Below are positions 28,041-42,671 of a DNA stretch of 64,000 nt, in pieces (position 1 is the stretch's first letter; each line of letters opens with the position of its first letter). The DNA lies in NCBI GenBank assembly GCA_964016885.1, contig OZ024740.1:107942001-108006000 (forward strand). Direction: 5' to 3'. The position numbers were made by a program, and so were the translations under genes. Source of the DNA: Eledone cirrhosa (Eukaryota). The notes under the pieces are model-generated. The model was not told where the DNA came from, searched no databases, and worked only from the letters and a program-made list of their open reading frames with translations.

Positions 28041-28183
28041 CATACATATATATATATACATATATATATATACATATATATATATATACATATATATATA
28101 TACATACATATATATATACATATATATATATACATATATATATATATACATATATATATATACATACATATATATATACATAC

Positions 28184-28230
<47 letters not shown>

Positions 28231-28235
28231 CATAC

Positions 28236-28300
<65 letters not shown>

Positions 28301-28379
28301 CATACATATATATATATATGCATATATATATATATACATACATACATATACATACACATATAGATATATATATACATAT

Positions 28380-28724
28380 GGAGGCACATGGCTTAATGGT
28401 TAGAGCATTGCGCTTGCAATCAAAAAGTTGTGAGTTCAATTCTCAGACCGGGTGATGTGTTGTTTCCTTGAGCAAGACACTTTATTTCACGTTGCTCCAG
28501 TTCACTCAGCTGTAGAAATGAGATGATAGGGACTGGGGTCCCTATCATTCCACTGCAAAGTGGACGTGTAGGTGCCACGGAAAAAAAAAAAAGCATCCAG
28601 CACTTACTGTAAATGAGGTTGGTGTTAGGAAGGGCATCCAGCTGTAGAAATCAAGCCAGAATCAGTTCCCGTCCCACCCTTGCAAGCAGGGAAAAGTAAA
28701 ATGATGATATATGATGATGATGAT
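28380..28724 (+). mobile_element. tRNA-derived CORE-type SINE with RTE tail
   Basis: Copy of 4587-4926. Confidence 0.85.
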
Positions 28725-28726
28725 AT

Positions 28727-29336
28727 GGTGGCTGCCAACTCGTTTTCGAGTACGGCCACTACTTTATATCCATGTAGGAGAACCCCTACCGATGCGCTGA
28801 ACGAGTGTGTCTTTTTAGTCCAGCCAGCGACTTGAAAACTCTGGTACAAACACTACACCTGTGACAATTATTGACACACAGTGCTGGGCCCATGGTAACA
28901 TGTGATGACAAGTGCAGAGAGATCTCCAGATATAAAGCAATGCCTGTGCCGTGAAGCTTTTATAGTGAGCAAAGGCATTGCACAAAGCCAGTCCCACTCT
29001 CTTAACCAAGATGATATTTACCAAAAAGAAGAACAAGTCAACATCATTGGATACCATCAGGGTTGCAGGTGTTATATCAGAGTTTTCCTTCTCCTAGAAT
29101 TCTGCCTTGACAAAGGCTAAGGGGTCATCTCTCCCGGTGATTTTGGAAGGCCATTGACTCTTAAGAGCTCCTTTTCCCCTTGACAGGTTTTGTTTTTAGT
29201 CCTGCAGGATGTCCAAAGTCACCCTCCTCACCAAGAAACCTTGGTGGGGTTGCCAGTTTAGTCGCCAACGACCCGACCATGAGACAGGTTGTACTGGGAT
29301 ACATGTTACCAGTAGCACCAACTGGTGACCTGACAC
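28727..29336 (-). mobile_element. ~610-bp non-coding retroposon
   Basis: Colinear with 12414-13025, same boundaries. Confidence 0.8.
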
Positions 29337-29520
29337 ATGATGATGATATATATATATATATACATACATATATACATATATATATACATACATATATACA
29401 TACATATATATTATGATGATGATGATGATGATATATACACATATGTATATATATATATATATATGTATACATATATATATATATATATATACACATATGT
29501 ATACATATATATATATACAC

Positions 29521-29572
<52 letters not shown>

Positions 29573-29573
29573 G

Positions 29574-29606
<33 letters not shown>

Positions 29607-29608
<2 letters not shown>

Positions 29609-31039
29609 CAAGAAGGCAAGCAGAGGAAAGAAAGTTCAAGCATGTTCTACAACGCGAGGACCAAAATCGTGAGGTGTTCAGGATTGCTAGGCAATGTGTC
29701 AAGGAAAACAGTGATATTTTCAGGGAGAAGTGTGTCCTTAATGATGATGGTGTACTTGCCATCACTGACGCTGATAAGAAGGTAGCTTGGAAGTGTCACT
29801 ACGAAAGGCTACTAAATGAGGAGAATAAATGGGAGAAAGACAGTCTCACCCACATCGATCCAATAGAGGGACCAGCAGCGCAAGTTGAAGGTAGTATAAT
29901 AAGTAAGGCGATCAAAGATATGAAGACAGGCAAGGTGGCTGGGCCTTCAGAAATAGTTGCTGAAATGCTGAAAGCATCTGGAACGGTGGGACACACTATG
30001 GTCACCCGGATAGTAAACCAAGTCATACAGAATGGGGTCGTTCCAAAGGACTGGCGTAGCAGCATCATCATTAACTGCTAAAAGGGTAAAAGAGATGCCC
30101 TAGATAGGGGAAACTATCAGTGGCTGAATCAGTGGCTGACCTAGAGAAGAAATTCCAAACATGGAAGCATGGCCTAGAATCAAAAGGCCTTAAAATTAAC
30201 CTGTCTAAGACTAAAGTTCTAGTTTGTAGGAAGGAAAATAGGGCACTGGTCCCACCTGGGAAATGGCCATGCTCAGTGTGTAGGAAAGGAGTAGGCAGAA
30301 ACCCCATTTTATGTCCCAAATGCAAAGTATGGGTGCATAAAAGATGTAGTGGGATCACAGGTAAGCTAACTAAGAATATAGATTTTATATGTGGCTAGTG
30401 CTCAGGTGCAATAAGTAGCAGCCAGTGCCCAAAGAATACTAGCTCATTCCATTGCACAAATGGTTCTATAGAAATAATAGACACCTTCCGTTACCTGGTC
30501 GACAAAATCAGCAATGGTGGAGGGTGCTCTGAAAGTACAGTAGCTAGAGTCAGAACTGGATGGAAAAAGTTCAGAGAGCTTATACCACTATTGGCCGCTC
30601 TAAAGGTTTCTCTCTAAAAATGAAAGGCAGGCTGTATGATGCCTGCATACGAACAGCAATGTTACATGGCAGTTAGACTTGGGCATTGTGTGCAGAGGAT
30701 ATATGCAGACTGGAGAGGAACGAAGCTTGCATGCTCCGTTGGATGTGAAATAGTAATATACGTGAACGGCAAAGCATGAATGAACTAAGGGAGAAATTAG
30801 GAATAAGAAGCATCAGATGTTTACTTGAGAGAAGACTACGTTGGTATGGTCACGTGATGCGCATGAAAGACGACAGCTGTATAAAAAAGTCCAGAGCGAT
30901 AAAAATAGACGGTAGCCACGCAGTAGGCAGACCCAGAAAAACCTGGGACGACTTGATAAATTCCGACCTCACACACTTACACCTCTCCAAGACAATGTCA
31001 CTGGACCGAGATCTTTGGTGCTACACAGTAATACAGAAG
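29607..31039 (+). mobile_element. RTE LINE fragment; RT core deleted at ~30119, no 3' UTR
   Basis: Homologous to subfamily A; jumps from 'DRGNY' to 'AESVADLE'. Confidence 0.9.
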
Positions 31040-32270
31040 ACAAACCCAAACTGCATTTCATCTAGATCAATTCGCTCTCTGATTAGTTGCGCTATAACTT
31101 TTTCTGTGACCTTCATGACCTGGTCAACTAACTTAATGCCTCTATAGTTTCCTCTATCTAGAGCATCTCCTTTACTCTTGTAGCAGTTAATGATGATGCT
31201 GCTACGCCAGTCTTTTGGTATGACCCCATTCTGTATTACTTGGTTAACTATACGGGTGACCATAGTATGTCCCACCATTCCAGATACCTACAACATCTCA
31301 GCAACTATCTCCGAAGGCCCAGCTGCCTTGCCTGTCTTCATATCTTTGATTGCCTTACTTATTATACTACCTTTAACTTGCACCGCTGGTCCCTCTATTG
31401 GATCGATTTGGGGCAGATCTTTTTCCCACTTATTCTCCTCATTTAATAGTCTCTCATAGTGACACTTCCAGGCTATCTTCTTATCAGCATCACTTCTCCC
31501 CGACAATATCACGATTTTCATTGACACATTGTCTAGCAATCCTGAACACCTTTATAACGTCAAGTAGACCAGATTGGGGTGCATAAGCGGATATTATTGT
31601 CACAGTAGTTTTATTTAGAACTAGCCTTATTTTAATTATTCTGTCATTTACTCTATTTACGTCGATTACCTTATCTACTCATTTTTCAGCTAAAATAATT
31701 CCTACTCCACCCAGTCCGTTGTCATTTCCCACCCAGAAAAGTTTATAGCATCGTTTTTTACCCACGATGAATCTGGCAGCCCCCCCCCCCCTCTCCACCT
31801 AGTGTCTTGAATACAACAAACATCAACTTCTTTACGTTCAAGCATCTCTACAACCTCATTTGAGCGACCTTTTAATGTGCCTACGTTCATGGTACCAACT
31901 CTGAAGTTGGGAGGGTGGGATGGATGGGTTTGAGGGGCAGGGAGGGGTGTGGGAGACGGAATTATGTTGGTCATTCGTGTCTGAAATAGAAAAGGGTCTT
32001 TGTATTCTCGTCCTGCAGCAGGAGGTGAATTTATCTTTATCTGTGACATCTTCATTGAATGCTTAGACTTTCCAAATCTCCATCAAACAGGTCTAAACTT
32101 AAGGAGTAGTAACCGGGGTGGTAGCTTTGCTATACTGATTTATTAGGGAACTTACTAAAGCCGCTGAGTTATGATTGGACCATTAGCAATGGTGGTGTGT
32201 GTGGTTGGGAGGGCGGGAAATGGGTAACTTTAGGAGAAGGATTTGATTTAGGAAGGGTCCAACCGAATGA
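31040..32270 (-). mobile_element. RTE LINE 5' part with internal deletions
   Basis: FRVGTMNVGTLKGRSNEVVE N-terminus with upstream sequence, then linker/RT start ending at EMQFGFV. Confidence 0.88.
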
Positions 32271-32324
32271 GATATACATGTGTATATATATATATCTCTC
32301 TATATATATACATACATATATACA

Positions 32325-32363
<39 letters not shown>

Positions 32364-32927
32364 ACATATGTATATGTATAAATATGTATATATATGTATA
32401 CATATATATATATATGTATACACATATATATATGTATACACATATATATATGTATACATATATATATATATATAGTTAGAGAAGCAAAAAATTGCTTATT
32501 GTGATCCAGTTTTTGGTTAAGAAAGCCAGTTTCATGGATGGTTTCAACGTACGGTTAGGGGTAATTCCACAAGTTTGTAAGAACTCCGTTCAATCTTGGA
32601 GTATAAAGTAAGTGCACTTACCAATGAAACGGTCGTGAATACCTGGATTAAATCCTTCTCTTAATGCTTACCTGTGTTTTCTCTTTTATACTATATATAT
32701 ATGTATACATATATATATGTATACATATATATATATATATGTATACATATATATATGCATACATATATATATATATATGTATACATATATATATATGCAT
32801 ACATATATATATATGTATACATATATATATATGTATACATATATATATATGTATACATATATATATATGTATACATATATATATATACATATATATATAT
32901 GTATACATATATATATATATATGTATA

Positions 32928-33154
32928 CATCATCATCATCATTTCATTTTACGTCCGCTTTTTCCCTGCCTGCTTGCAAGGGTGGGACGGGAACTGATGC
33001 TGGCTTGATTTCTACAGCTGGATGCCCTTCCTAACACCAACCAATGTGAAATAAAGTATCTTGCTCACGGAAACAACACATCACCCGGTCTGAGAATTGA
33101 ACTCACAACCTTTCGATTGCAAGGCCAATGTTCAAATCACTAAGCCATGTGCCT

Positions 33155-33156
<2 letters not shown>
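32928..33156 (-). mobile_element. Internally deleted tRNA/CORE-type SINE
   Basis: Head and tail match 4587-4926; middle missing at ~33042. Confidence 0.85.
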
Positions 33157-33197
<41 letters not shown>

Positions 33198-33252
33198 TAC
33201 ATATATACATATATATATATACATATATACATATATATATATACATATATAC

Positions 33253-33287
<35 letters not shown>

Positions 33288-33446
33288 CATATATATATAC
33301 ATATATACATATATATACATATACATATATATATACATATATATATATATGTATACATATATATATATGTATACATATATATATATATATACATATATAT
33401 ATATGTATACATATATATATATGTATACATATATATATATGTATAC

Positions 33447-33497
<51 letters not shown>

Positions 33498-33650
33498 CAT
33501 ATATATATATGTATACATATATATATATATATACATATATATATATGTATACATATATATATATATGTATACATATATATATATATGTATACATATATAT
33601 ATATATATGTATACATATATATATATGTATACATATATATATATGTATAC

Positions 33651-33681
<31 letters not shown>

Positions 33682-33689
33682 CATATATT

Positions 33690-33743
<54 letters not shown>

Positions 33744-33843
33744 CATATATACATATATATATATATAAAAGTAGCGAAACAAACGGTTATTAAACAATTT
33801 TTTAAATAAATTAAAAAATGATTAAATAATCACCTGTTCAGAT

Positions 33844-33924
33844 GCTGTTACCGACGGTTTCATCATTCCGAAAGATTGGAAATCCAACAAATTTCCAATG
33901 GAAAGAAATGCATCTTCAGACAGC
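33844..33924 (-). ncRNA. Type I hammerhead ribozyme in a PLE end (~33777-34060)
   Basis: GCUGU-CUGAAGA-extended helix II (CAUUUC/GGAAUG, UUGGAAAU/AUUUCCAA)-GAAA-CCGUCGG-UA-ACAGC. Confidence 0.75.
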
Positions 33925-34272
33925 CCTATTTCCACGCTATAAGGTATAGCAAGTAAATATTATGCTCCCTGCCCAACGCATGCGGTCAAGCCGTTAAAGT
34001 GACACACACGCAAATCAGGTCGCTGATAAAAGCTGGATATTATAAACATGTCGATACATATATATATTATATAAATATATATATATACATATACATACAT
34101 ATACATATATATATATACATATATACATATATATATATACAAATATATATATATACATATACATACATATACATATATATATATACATATATACATATAC
34201 ATATATACATATATATATATACATATATACATATATATATATACATATATACATATATATATATACATATAC

Positions 34273-34323
<51 letters not shown>

Positions 34324-34326
34324 AAC

Positions 34327-34393
<67 letters not shown>

Positions 34394-34444
34394 CATATAC
34401 ATATATATATATATATACATATATATACATATATATATATACAC

Positions 34445-34482
<38 letters not shown>

Positions 34483-34522
34483 GTATACATATATATATAT
34501 GTATACATATATATATATATAT

Positions 34523-35770
34523 GTTATCTACCTTGATTTCAGCAAGGCCTTTGACAGGGTTGATCATAACATTCTACTGAGAAAGCTGTCCAATATTGGT
34601 GTCACTGGAAAGCTGCTGCAGTGGATCAAGAGCTTCCTGTCAAATAGAACCCAACATGTTGTAGTTGAGGGAGTCAAATCCAGCCCAGCCAAAGTCAGTA
34701 GTGGGGTCCCACAAGGCACTGTGTTGGGCCCACTTCTCTTCATCATCTATATTAATGACATCACTGACATCATCAAACACAGCAACATTAAAATTTTCGC
34801 TGATGATTCCAAGCTCCAAAAGGTCATCAATGGCGTGGATGACCGGATAAGCCTTCAGTCAGACCTACTGGCTGTTACCCAATGGGCGGAAAAGAACAAC
34901 ATGTTACTGAACGAAGACAAATTCGAACTGATCCACTTTGGAAAAGAGGATGCTCTGAAACTCCCGTACTCCCTTCCCTCCGGGGAAACTCTCGTGGCAT
35001 CTAACAACATCAGAGACTTGGGAGTAACCGTGGACTGCAACATAAGCTGGGCCACGCATATAAGCAGCAAAGTTGACATGGCCCGCAGAATGTGTTCCTG
35101 GATCCTCAGAACCTTCCAGTCGAGAGATTCCCGCACCATTATCCTTCTCTTCTCTACTTTTGCCCGACCACACCTTGAATACTGTTGTCCACTGTGGTCT
35201 CCCCACACGAAACAAAGTATCATGAAACTTGAAGCTCCTCAAAGGGCAATCACGAAAAAGATAGATGGCATGTCAGACCTTGACTACTGGGGTCGACTAG
35301 AAAACCTGAAACTTTACTCACTCCAACGTCGCCGTGAGCGTTATATTATCTGCATGATGTGGAAAATGTTCCATCATCACTGCCCAAATGATGTTGGCAT
35401 CGCCTTCAAGATACACCCAAGGCTTGGCCCCCGTGCTATCCGTCCCATTCAAAAATCTAAATCGCAACTCATAACAACAATACGGCACAATTATTTCACC
35501 TCAATCGGCCCTGCTCTCTTCAACATCACACCAGGACACGTCAAAACAGAAACTGACCACACAAAATTCAAGAAGTCTTTGGACAAATTCCTCCAAGTAA
35601 TCCCAGACAAACCACCCACACCCGGATATGTCTCCGCAAACAGTAATTCTCTTCTCGAATGGGCCATGGTGCCCAAATCCTGAATTGAAAGACTTCGCCA
35701 GGTGGTGCTATTAAGTTAGACATGGCCTGGGCCAATACTGGCCAAAACATTTCAAAGTTATTCAAAGTTA
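34523..35770 (+). mobile_element. CR1-type LINE, 5'-truncated; RT frame open to 35683
   Basis: [42 protein letters not shown]; ends in (TTCAAAGTTA)2. Confidence 0.92.
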
Positions 35771-36119
35771 TATATGTATACATATATATATATGTATACA
35801 TATATATATATACATATATATATACATATATATATATACATATATATATACATATATATATACATATATATATATACATATATATATACATATATATATA
35901 TATACATATATATATACATATATATATATATACATATATACATATATATATACATATATATATATACATATATATATACATATATATATATATATACATA
36001 TATATATACACATATATATATATGTATACATACGTAGGTCCCGGGTTGAGTCGGGGATAACCACAGTAAGTAAGGTACTCAATACATGGCAGAGTAAAAT
36101 TTTTTTATTTTATAGAAGG

Positions 36120-36170
36120 AGCTTCTACAGGACTAGTACTGTTTCATTCAGATGAAATCTTCAGGAAGCT
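36120..36170 (-). ncRNA. Type I hammerhead ribozyme in a PLE end (~36035-36585)
   Basis: AGCUUC-CUGAAGA-U-UUC/GAA-U-GAAA-CAG(UACUAGUC)CUG-UA-GAAGCU, followed by AATAAA. Confidence 0.8.
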
Positions 36171-36328
36171 GGGTGTCATATTAAGTTCTGGTATTTATAC
36201 ATTTAGGTAGTGGCAAGGGAGGGTGGTGGATGGGGGGGGGGGGGGTATTTAGATACACAGGACCACTACATGGCACAGGCCGTTTTTTCTATGGGGAGTG
36301 GTCAATTAGCCAGAGTGCTTTTTTGAAA

Positions 36329-36359
<31 letters not shown>

Positions 36360-36930
36360 ATGAATAAATAAATAGATAAATGAATAAATAAATAAAATAA
36401 ATAAAGAAATAAATAAAAAATAAATAAATAAAAACCCCAAGAATAGTAATTCAACAGATATATAGTAGGGAAATTTTTTAGGTAGGTTGGTAATAGAAAT
36501 TAAAATTTAACAAGACCGAATCATGGCACAGACTGGGGTGAGTGGTCAAGTTAACATACAAGCCACAGGTGGCCAGAGTGTTTTATATATGTATACAAAT
36601 ATATATACACACATATATATATGTATACATATATATATATATATATGTATACATATATATATACACATATATATATGTATACATATATATATATCTATAC
36701 ATATATATATACATATATATATATCTATACATATATATATACATATATATATATCTATACATATATATATAAATATATATATATCTATACATATATATAT
36801 ACATATATATATATATCTATACATATAAATATACATATATATATCTATACATATATATATATATAAGTATACATATATATATATATATACGTATACATAT
36901 ATATATACATATATATATATATATACATAC

Positions 36931-36995
<65 letters not shown>

Positions 36996-37150
36996 CATAT
37001 GTATACATATATATATATATATTCATATGTATACATATATATATATATGTATACATATATATATATATATGTATACATATATATATATATATATATGTAT
37101 ACAATAAAGTTAAATAAAAGTCAAATGATTAAAATTTAGCTTCGTTTATT

Positions 37151-37205
37151 ACTGCTATATATATTTCAGTGACAGCGATCTTTGGCTGTGACCTCTTCAG
37201 GCAGT
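37151..37205 (-). ncRNA. Type I hammerhead ribozyme in a PLE end (~37103-37328)
   Basis: ACUGC-CUGAAGA-GGUCACAGC/GCUGUCACU-GAAA-UAUAUA-UA-GCAGU, followed by AATAAA. Confidence 0.8.
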
Positions 37206-37479
37206 TTGAATTAGTATGGTATAGACAAGTACATATGTTGTTTAGGTGTATGATATTGTCAATACTCTGATATGCCCAGTTCCTTGTTGGGTTGTTAATT
37301 CACTGGGGAACTGGAGAAACTCAAAATCTATATATGTATACATATATATATATGTATACATATATATATATAGTTGTTCGTTCGTCAATACATAAGCCAC
37401 ACATCAGATTTCCCTTTGCGTATGGCTTGGACTTAGTGATGGCTTTCCATTGGATGGAGTGGTCTATACCAATGGAAAG

Positions 37480-37677
37480 TCTATTCAATGGAAAGCCATC
37501 ACTAAGTCCAAGCCATACGCAAGGGGAAATCCGACGTGTGGCTTATGTATTGACGAACGAATAACTATTCTAAAGAGATTCCGCAATAGTGATTGCCTAA
37601 ACATGAGAAATGATTTTTTCACACGTTGTCCACACGTCGCCAAACACCTATTGCATAACTACAAATCTCCGGACTGA
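37480..37677 (+). pseudogene. C-terminal fragment of PLE GIY-YIG endonuclease (CxxC...CxH)
   Basis: SIQWKAITKSKPYARGNPTCGLCIDERITILKRFRNSDCLNMRNDFFTRCPHVAKHLLHNYKSPD*. Confidence 0.8.
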
Positions 37678-37832
37678 TACCTTGAAATTTTATTTTCAAC
37701 TACAAATTTTCGGACTTTCACAGTTATCTCCCTTACACCTCTCGCACGCATTCTAGTATTGCCTGTGTGAGGTGACCGGGTTTCTGCGCATGCGCGTTCG
37801 TACGGTTGTCCTTCCTGTTCCTATAACCATGC

Positions 37833-37882
37833 CCATTACGAGCTGAGGATCCGCTAAGGTGAAACAATTGTTCTTGGTATGG
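37833..37882 (+). ncRNA. Type I hammerhead ribozyme
   Basis: CCAUUACGAG-CUGAGGA-U-CC/GG-U-GAAA-CAAUUG-UU-CUUGGUAUGG; palindromic helix III. Confidence 0.7.
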
Positions 37883-38341
37883 TGAACTAACTGTTGTGTA
37901 ACCACTTCTATATATATACATATATATATATATACAACATTTTGAAGTAATGTTTTATAGCAGGATGCCCTTTCTCTTTTAGCTGCTTCTCACAATACAC
38001 AGAAATATGGTATGCCCATTCTAAACTGGATACATACACACATATGCATATATTAACATGCATTTTTTAACAGATGCACATATCAACATAAACACACATA
38101 ACATAGACACACATAACATAGACACACATATCAACGTAGTCATATGCATCAATATAAACACATGGCAACATAGAAAGACACATATCAACACATATGTGGA
38201 TATCAATAAAGATGGTTGTAAACATCTAGCCTCATCAGTCAACTGGGAAGAATAACTGGGACAGCCTCTGTAGCTGTCAGAGTAGAAGATGGATAACTGG
38301 AGAGAAGGGATGTCAGAACTATCAACACTGACAAGCCTGTA

Positions 38342-38394
<53 letters not shown>

Positions 38395-38535
38395 CGAAGG
38401 AAATGTGGCAAGGAACCAGGTGGACCATAACGCACCAAAGTACTCAATACTTAGGGTAGTAGAGTGGGTAATAGGAACGATATTCGTTCCTATATATATA
38501 TATAGATATACATATACATATACATATATATATAC

Positions 38536-38566
<31 letters not shown>

Positions 38567-38847
38567 CATATATATACATATATATACATACATATATATA
38601 CATATATATACATATATATACATATATATACATATATATACATATATATACATATATATACATATATATACATATATATACATATATACATATACATATA
38701 TATACATATATACATATATATACATATATACATATACATATATATATATACATATACATATATATACATATATATATATACATATACATATATATACACA
38801 TATACATATACATATATATATGTATATATATATATACATATATATAC

Positions 38848-38878
<31 letters not shown>

Positions 38879-39136
38879 CATATATATACATATATATATA
38901 CATATACATATATATACATATACATATATATATACATATACATATATATACACATATACATATATATACATATATATACATATATATATATATACATATA
39001 CATATATATACATATACATATATATATATACTTATACATATATATACATATACATATACATATATATATATATATATACATATATATATACATATACATA
39101 TATATATATATACATATATATACATATACATATATA

Positions 39137-39480
39137 TCATTTCATCATCATTTCATTTTTACGTCCGCTTTTTCCCTGCTTGCAAGGGTGGGACGGGAAC
39201 TGACTCTGGCTTGATTTCTACAGCTGGATGCCCTTCCTAACACCAACCTCATTTACAGTGAGTGCTGGGTGCTTTTTTGCCGTGGCACCTCCACGACCAC
39301 TTTGCAGTGGAATGATAGGAACCCCAGTCCCTATCATCTCATTTCTACAGCTGAGTAAACTGGAGCAATGTGAAATAAAGTGTCTTGCTCAAGGAAACAA
39401 CACATCACCCGGTCTGAGAATTGAACTCACAACCTTTCGATTGCAAGGCCAATGCTCTAACCACTAAGCCATGTGCCTCC
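39137..39480 (-). mobile_element. tRNA-derived CORE-type SINE with RTE tail
   Basis: Copy of 4587-4926. Confidence 0.85.
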
Positions 39481-39634
39481 ATGTAAATATATATACATAT
39501 ATATATATATATACATATATAAATATATATACATATATATATATATACATATATAAATATATATACATATATACATATATAAATATATATACATATATAC
39601 ATATATATATATATACATATATAAATATATATAC

Positions 39635-39665
<31 letters not shown>

Positions 39666-39708
39666 CATATACATATATATACATATACATATATATACAT
39701 ATATATAC

Positions 39709-39743
<35 letters not shown>

Positions 39744-39810
39744 CATATATATATACATATATATACATATATATATACATATATATACATATATATATAC
39801 ATATATATAC

Positions 39811-39857
<47 letters not shown>

Positions 39858-39858
39858 C

Positions 39859-39935
<77 letters not shown>

Positions 39936-40008
39936 CATATATATATACATATATATACATATATATATATATATACATATATATACATATATATATACAT
40001 ATATATAC

Positions 40009-40045
<37 letters not shown>

Positions 40046-40046
40046 C

Positions 40047-40077
<31 letters not shown>

Positions 40078-41447
40078 CATATATATACCTATATATATAT
40101 ATATATATACATATATATACATATATATATATATATACACATATATATACCTATATATATATATATATATATACATATATATACATATATATATATATAC
40201 ACACACACATATACATATATTTATATATACATACATATACATATATACATATATACATACATATTCATATATACATAAACATATATACATATATATATTC
40301 ACATACATCTATATATATAATATACATGCATACACATATACATACATATTCATATATACATATATATATATGCATACATATATGCATATATACATACATA
40401 TATGCATATATACATACATATATGCATATATACATACATATATGCATATACACATACATATATATATATATATATACATACCAACACATACATGTATATA
40501 ATATATAATCTTATATCTTTGATCCCCACCACCACCACCCTATTTAATTATTCCAAGTTGACAAGCACAGTTCACATCTCTGTGGGATCCTTTATTGCTC
40601 TGAAGATTCATACTAGATGACACTAGAGATAATAGTTTTTAAACTAGGAGTACACATGTTGACCTTTCTTGTATCATACAGATAAATTCTTCCCCTATGG
40701 CTCTATGTTAATATAAAACCATTTTTCGTATATTATATATTTTTGAAAACAAAATTGAATGGCACTTCTTATAGCATATCACAAATAGCTTTCATTGAAG
40801 CAATATGCCAAACATAAGAGAAAGGAAGGAAAGTTTACATTATTTATGATTTTTGATAGTTTTCATAAACCATTTTTGGAACAAAAAAAAAGGTATTTTT
40901 ATGTTGAAGTAAGAGAAAAAAAAATTTTTTCAAACCAATATTAACCCTTTCATTATTTTTACTGTATTTCAGAACAATATCTATATCAGCCCTTTATTTA
41001 GACAAAATAATAATATCTAAATGAAACAAGAAAGGGAAAGGAGAAAAAGAAAAAAGAGAATGAAGCAATGAAGAAAAGCGAGCAAGGGGAGAGGGGATTC
41101 AGCCATGCCCCACAGAGAGAATGGCCAACGATACTACAACAACCACCCCATCTCACAGGGCTCCTTTTTCAGGGAAGCTGAAGCCTTTCTGATTTTGTGG
41201 AAGAAATCGGCAGTGCAAGGACCAAGAATTTGTACATTATTCTATGAACTATACATACACCTTTGATGAGTTGTAGCGCACCTGAGCACTGTACACAATA
41301 TTGTTTCTACTTTTGGCAAAAGGCCAGCAATTACCCTAGTGCATTACTGATGCTTTATTTTACCGATCCCGTAAGGATGAAAGGTTAACTTTGCTTTTCA
41401 TCCTTACGGGGTCGAAAGTAGAAACAGTATTATTATTATTATTGTTT

Positions 41448-41632
41448 AGGGCGGTGGATTGGTAGTATCGGTAGAGAGTCGGACACCATGCTTTGAAGCA
41501 TAGAGTTACCTCTCTGTATGATCTGAGTTCAAATCCCGTTGAGGTTAACTTTGCCTTTCATCCTTACGGGGTCGATAAAATAAAGTACCAGTAATGTACT
41601 GGGAAATTGCTGGCCTTGTGCCAAAAATGGAA

Positions 41633-41663
<31 letters not shown>

Positions 41664-41668
41664 TTATT
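41448..41668 (+). mobile_element. tRNA-derived Meta-type SINE
   Basis: B box GAGTTCAAATC, core 'ttgcctttcatccttacggggtcgataaaa..agtacca', (TTA)n tail; partial copies at 41303-41420. Confidence 0.7.
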
Positions 41669-42199
41669 AATTTGGGAGGATTTAGCAATATAATTAACAT
41701 TCTCGTTATTGAGTTGGTATTTGGAGCATAAATTGTTTTATGTATCCTAGAACCTGGTGTGGTTTTAGGTGGTTTGGTATCAAAATGGTTGAAATAAATA
41801 TGTCCACTTAGCAAGAAACAGAAGATATGAATAAGAGTTAGAATAACAATTTAATAGTGTGGTAAATAGGATGAGTATGCAATTGAACTACCAAAAACCT
41901 ATGGATATATGAAGTAGCCAGAAGGGATTTTCCCTGCTAAAGCAAGTGTTTGCTTTGCAAGTCCCTTGATAAACTTTTCCATTTTATCCTACTCTCTGAA
42001 TCTCTATTCATCAATCCTCTAGCTTTCATTGCCTCCTCCTCATCCATCATCTTTAGCCTTGTCATTCTTGATTTTCTGTCTAGTAATCAGAATGTTGAAA
42101 AGATTAACTCTCGTAAAATTAAATAAAATAGTTTTTGACTTATGGAAATTACCTATTACAGATGAGCCAAAGTGATTAAGAGAGTTGAAGCTACTTTTT

Positions 42200-42445
42200 C
42201 TTCACTCACTTATTCCTGGGAGGGTTGTGGGTGCTGAGTCTTTCAACACTCCTTCCAGCAAGTCCTGTCAGAAGTAACTATCTCCAATTGATCCAGCTGG
42301 ATCGCCAAGAGAGACCAGCTGGGCTCATGGATGTTATCCAGTCATCATGCTCAAAATCTACCTCTGGGTTCCCTGCCATAAGTTTTTGCCTGTAAAATTT
42401 GTCCATAAATTTTTTCCTGAGACATTCTAACCACATGTACGTATC
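42200..42445 (-). pseudogene. Old RTE-type LINE C-terminal remnant
   Basis: HVVRMSQEKIYGQILQAKTYGREPRGRF, then LDNI..SDRTCW, with stops. Confidence 0.6.
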
Positions 42446-42671
42446 TTATTAAATTTAATAAAAAATTAAAACAAAATACCCGATAACAATCAATATATTG
42501 AGGGAAATATAACATATTATTAAGGGAAAAAAACATCAATATGTGAGGGAAATATATTGATCGTTATCAGGTATTATGTTTTAATTTTTTATTGAATTTA
42601 TATATATATGTATATACATATATATATATGTACATACATATATATATATGTATATACATATATATATATAT

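Larger units (their letters stand above)
37372..37909 (+). mobile_element. 5'-truncated PLE (Naiad-like) with 5' inverted duplication
   Basis: Arms ~37372-37452 / 37486-37566, endonuclease C-terminus, 3' UTR with HHR. Confidence 0.85.

Noticed and set aside
32475-32692. Possible ribozyme half (GAAACGGTC)
   Set aside because: No upstream CUGANGA; probably a truncated PLE end.
38220-38260. Minus-strand CTGATGA motif
   Set aside because: No GAAA or helix III follows.
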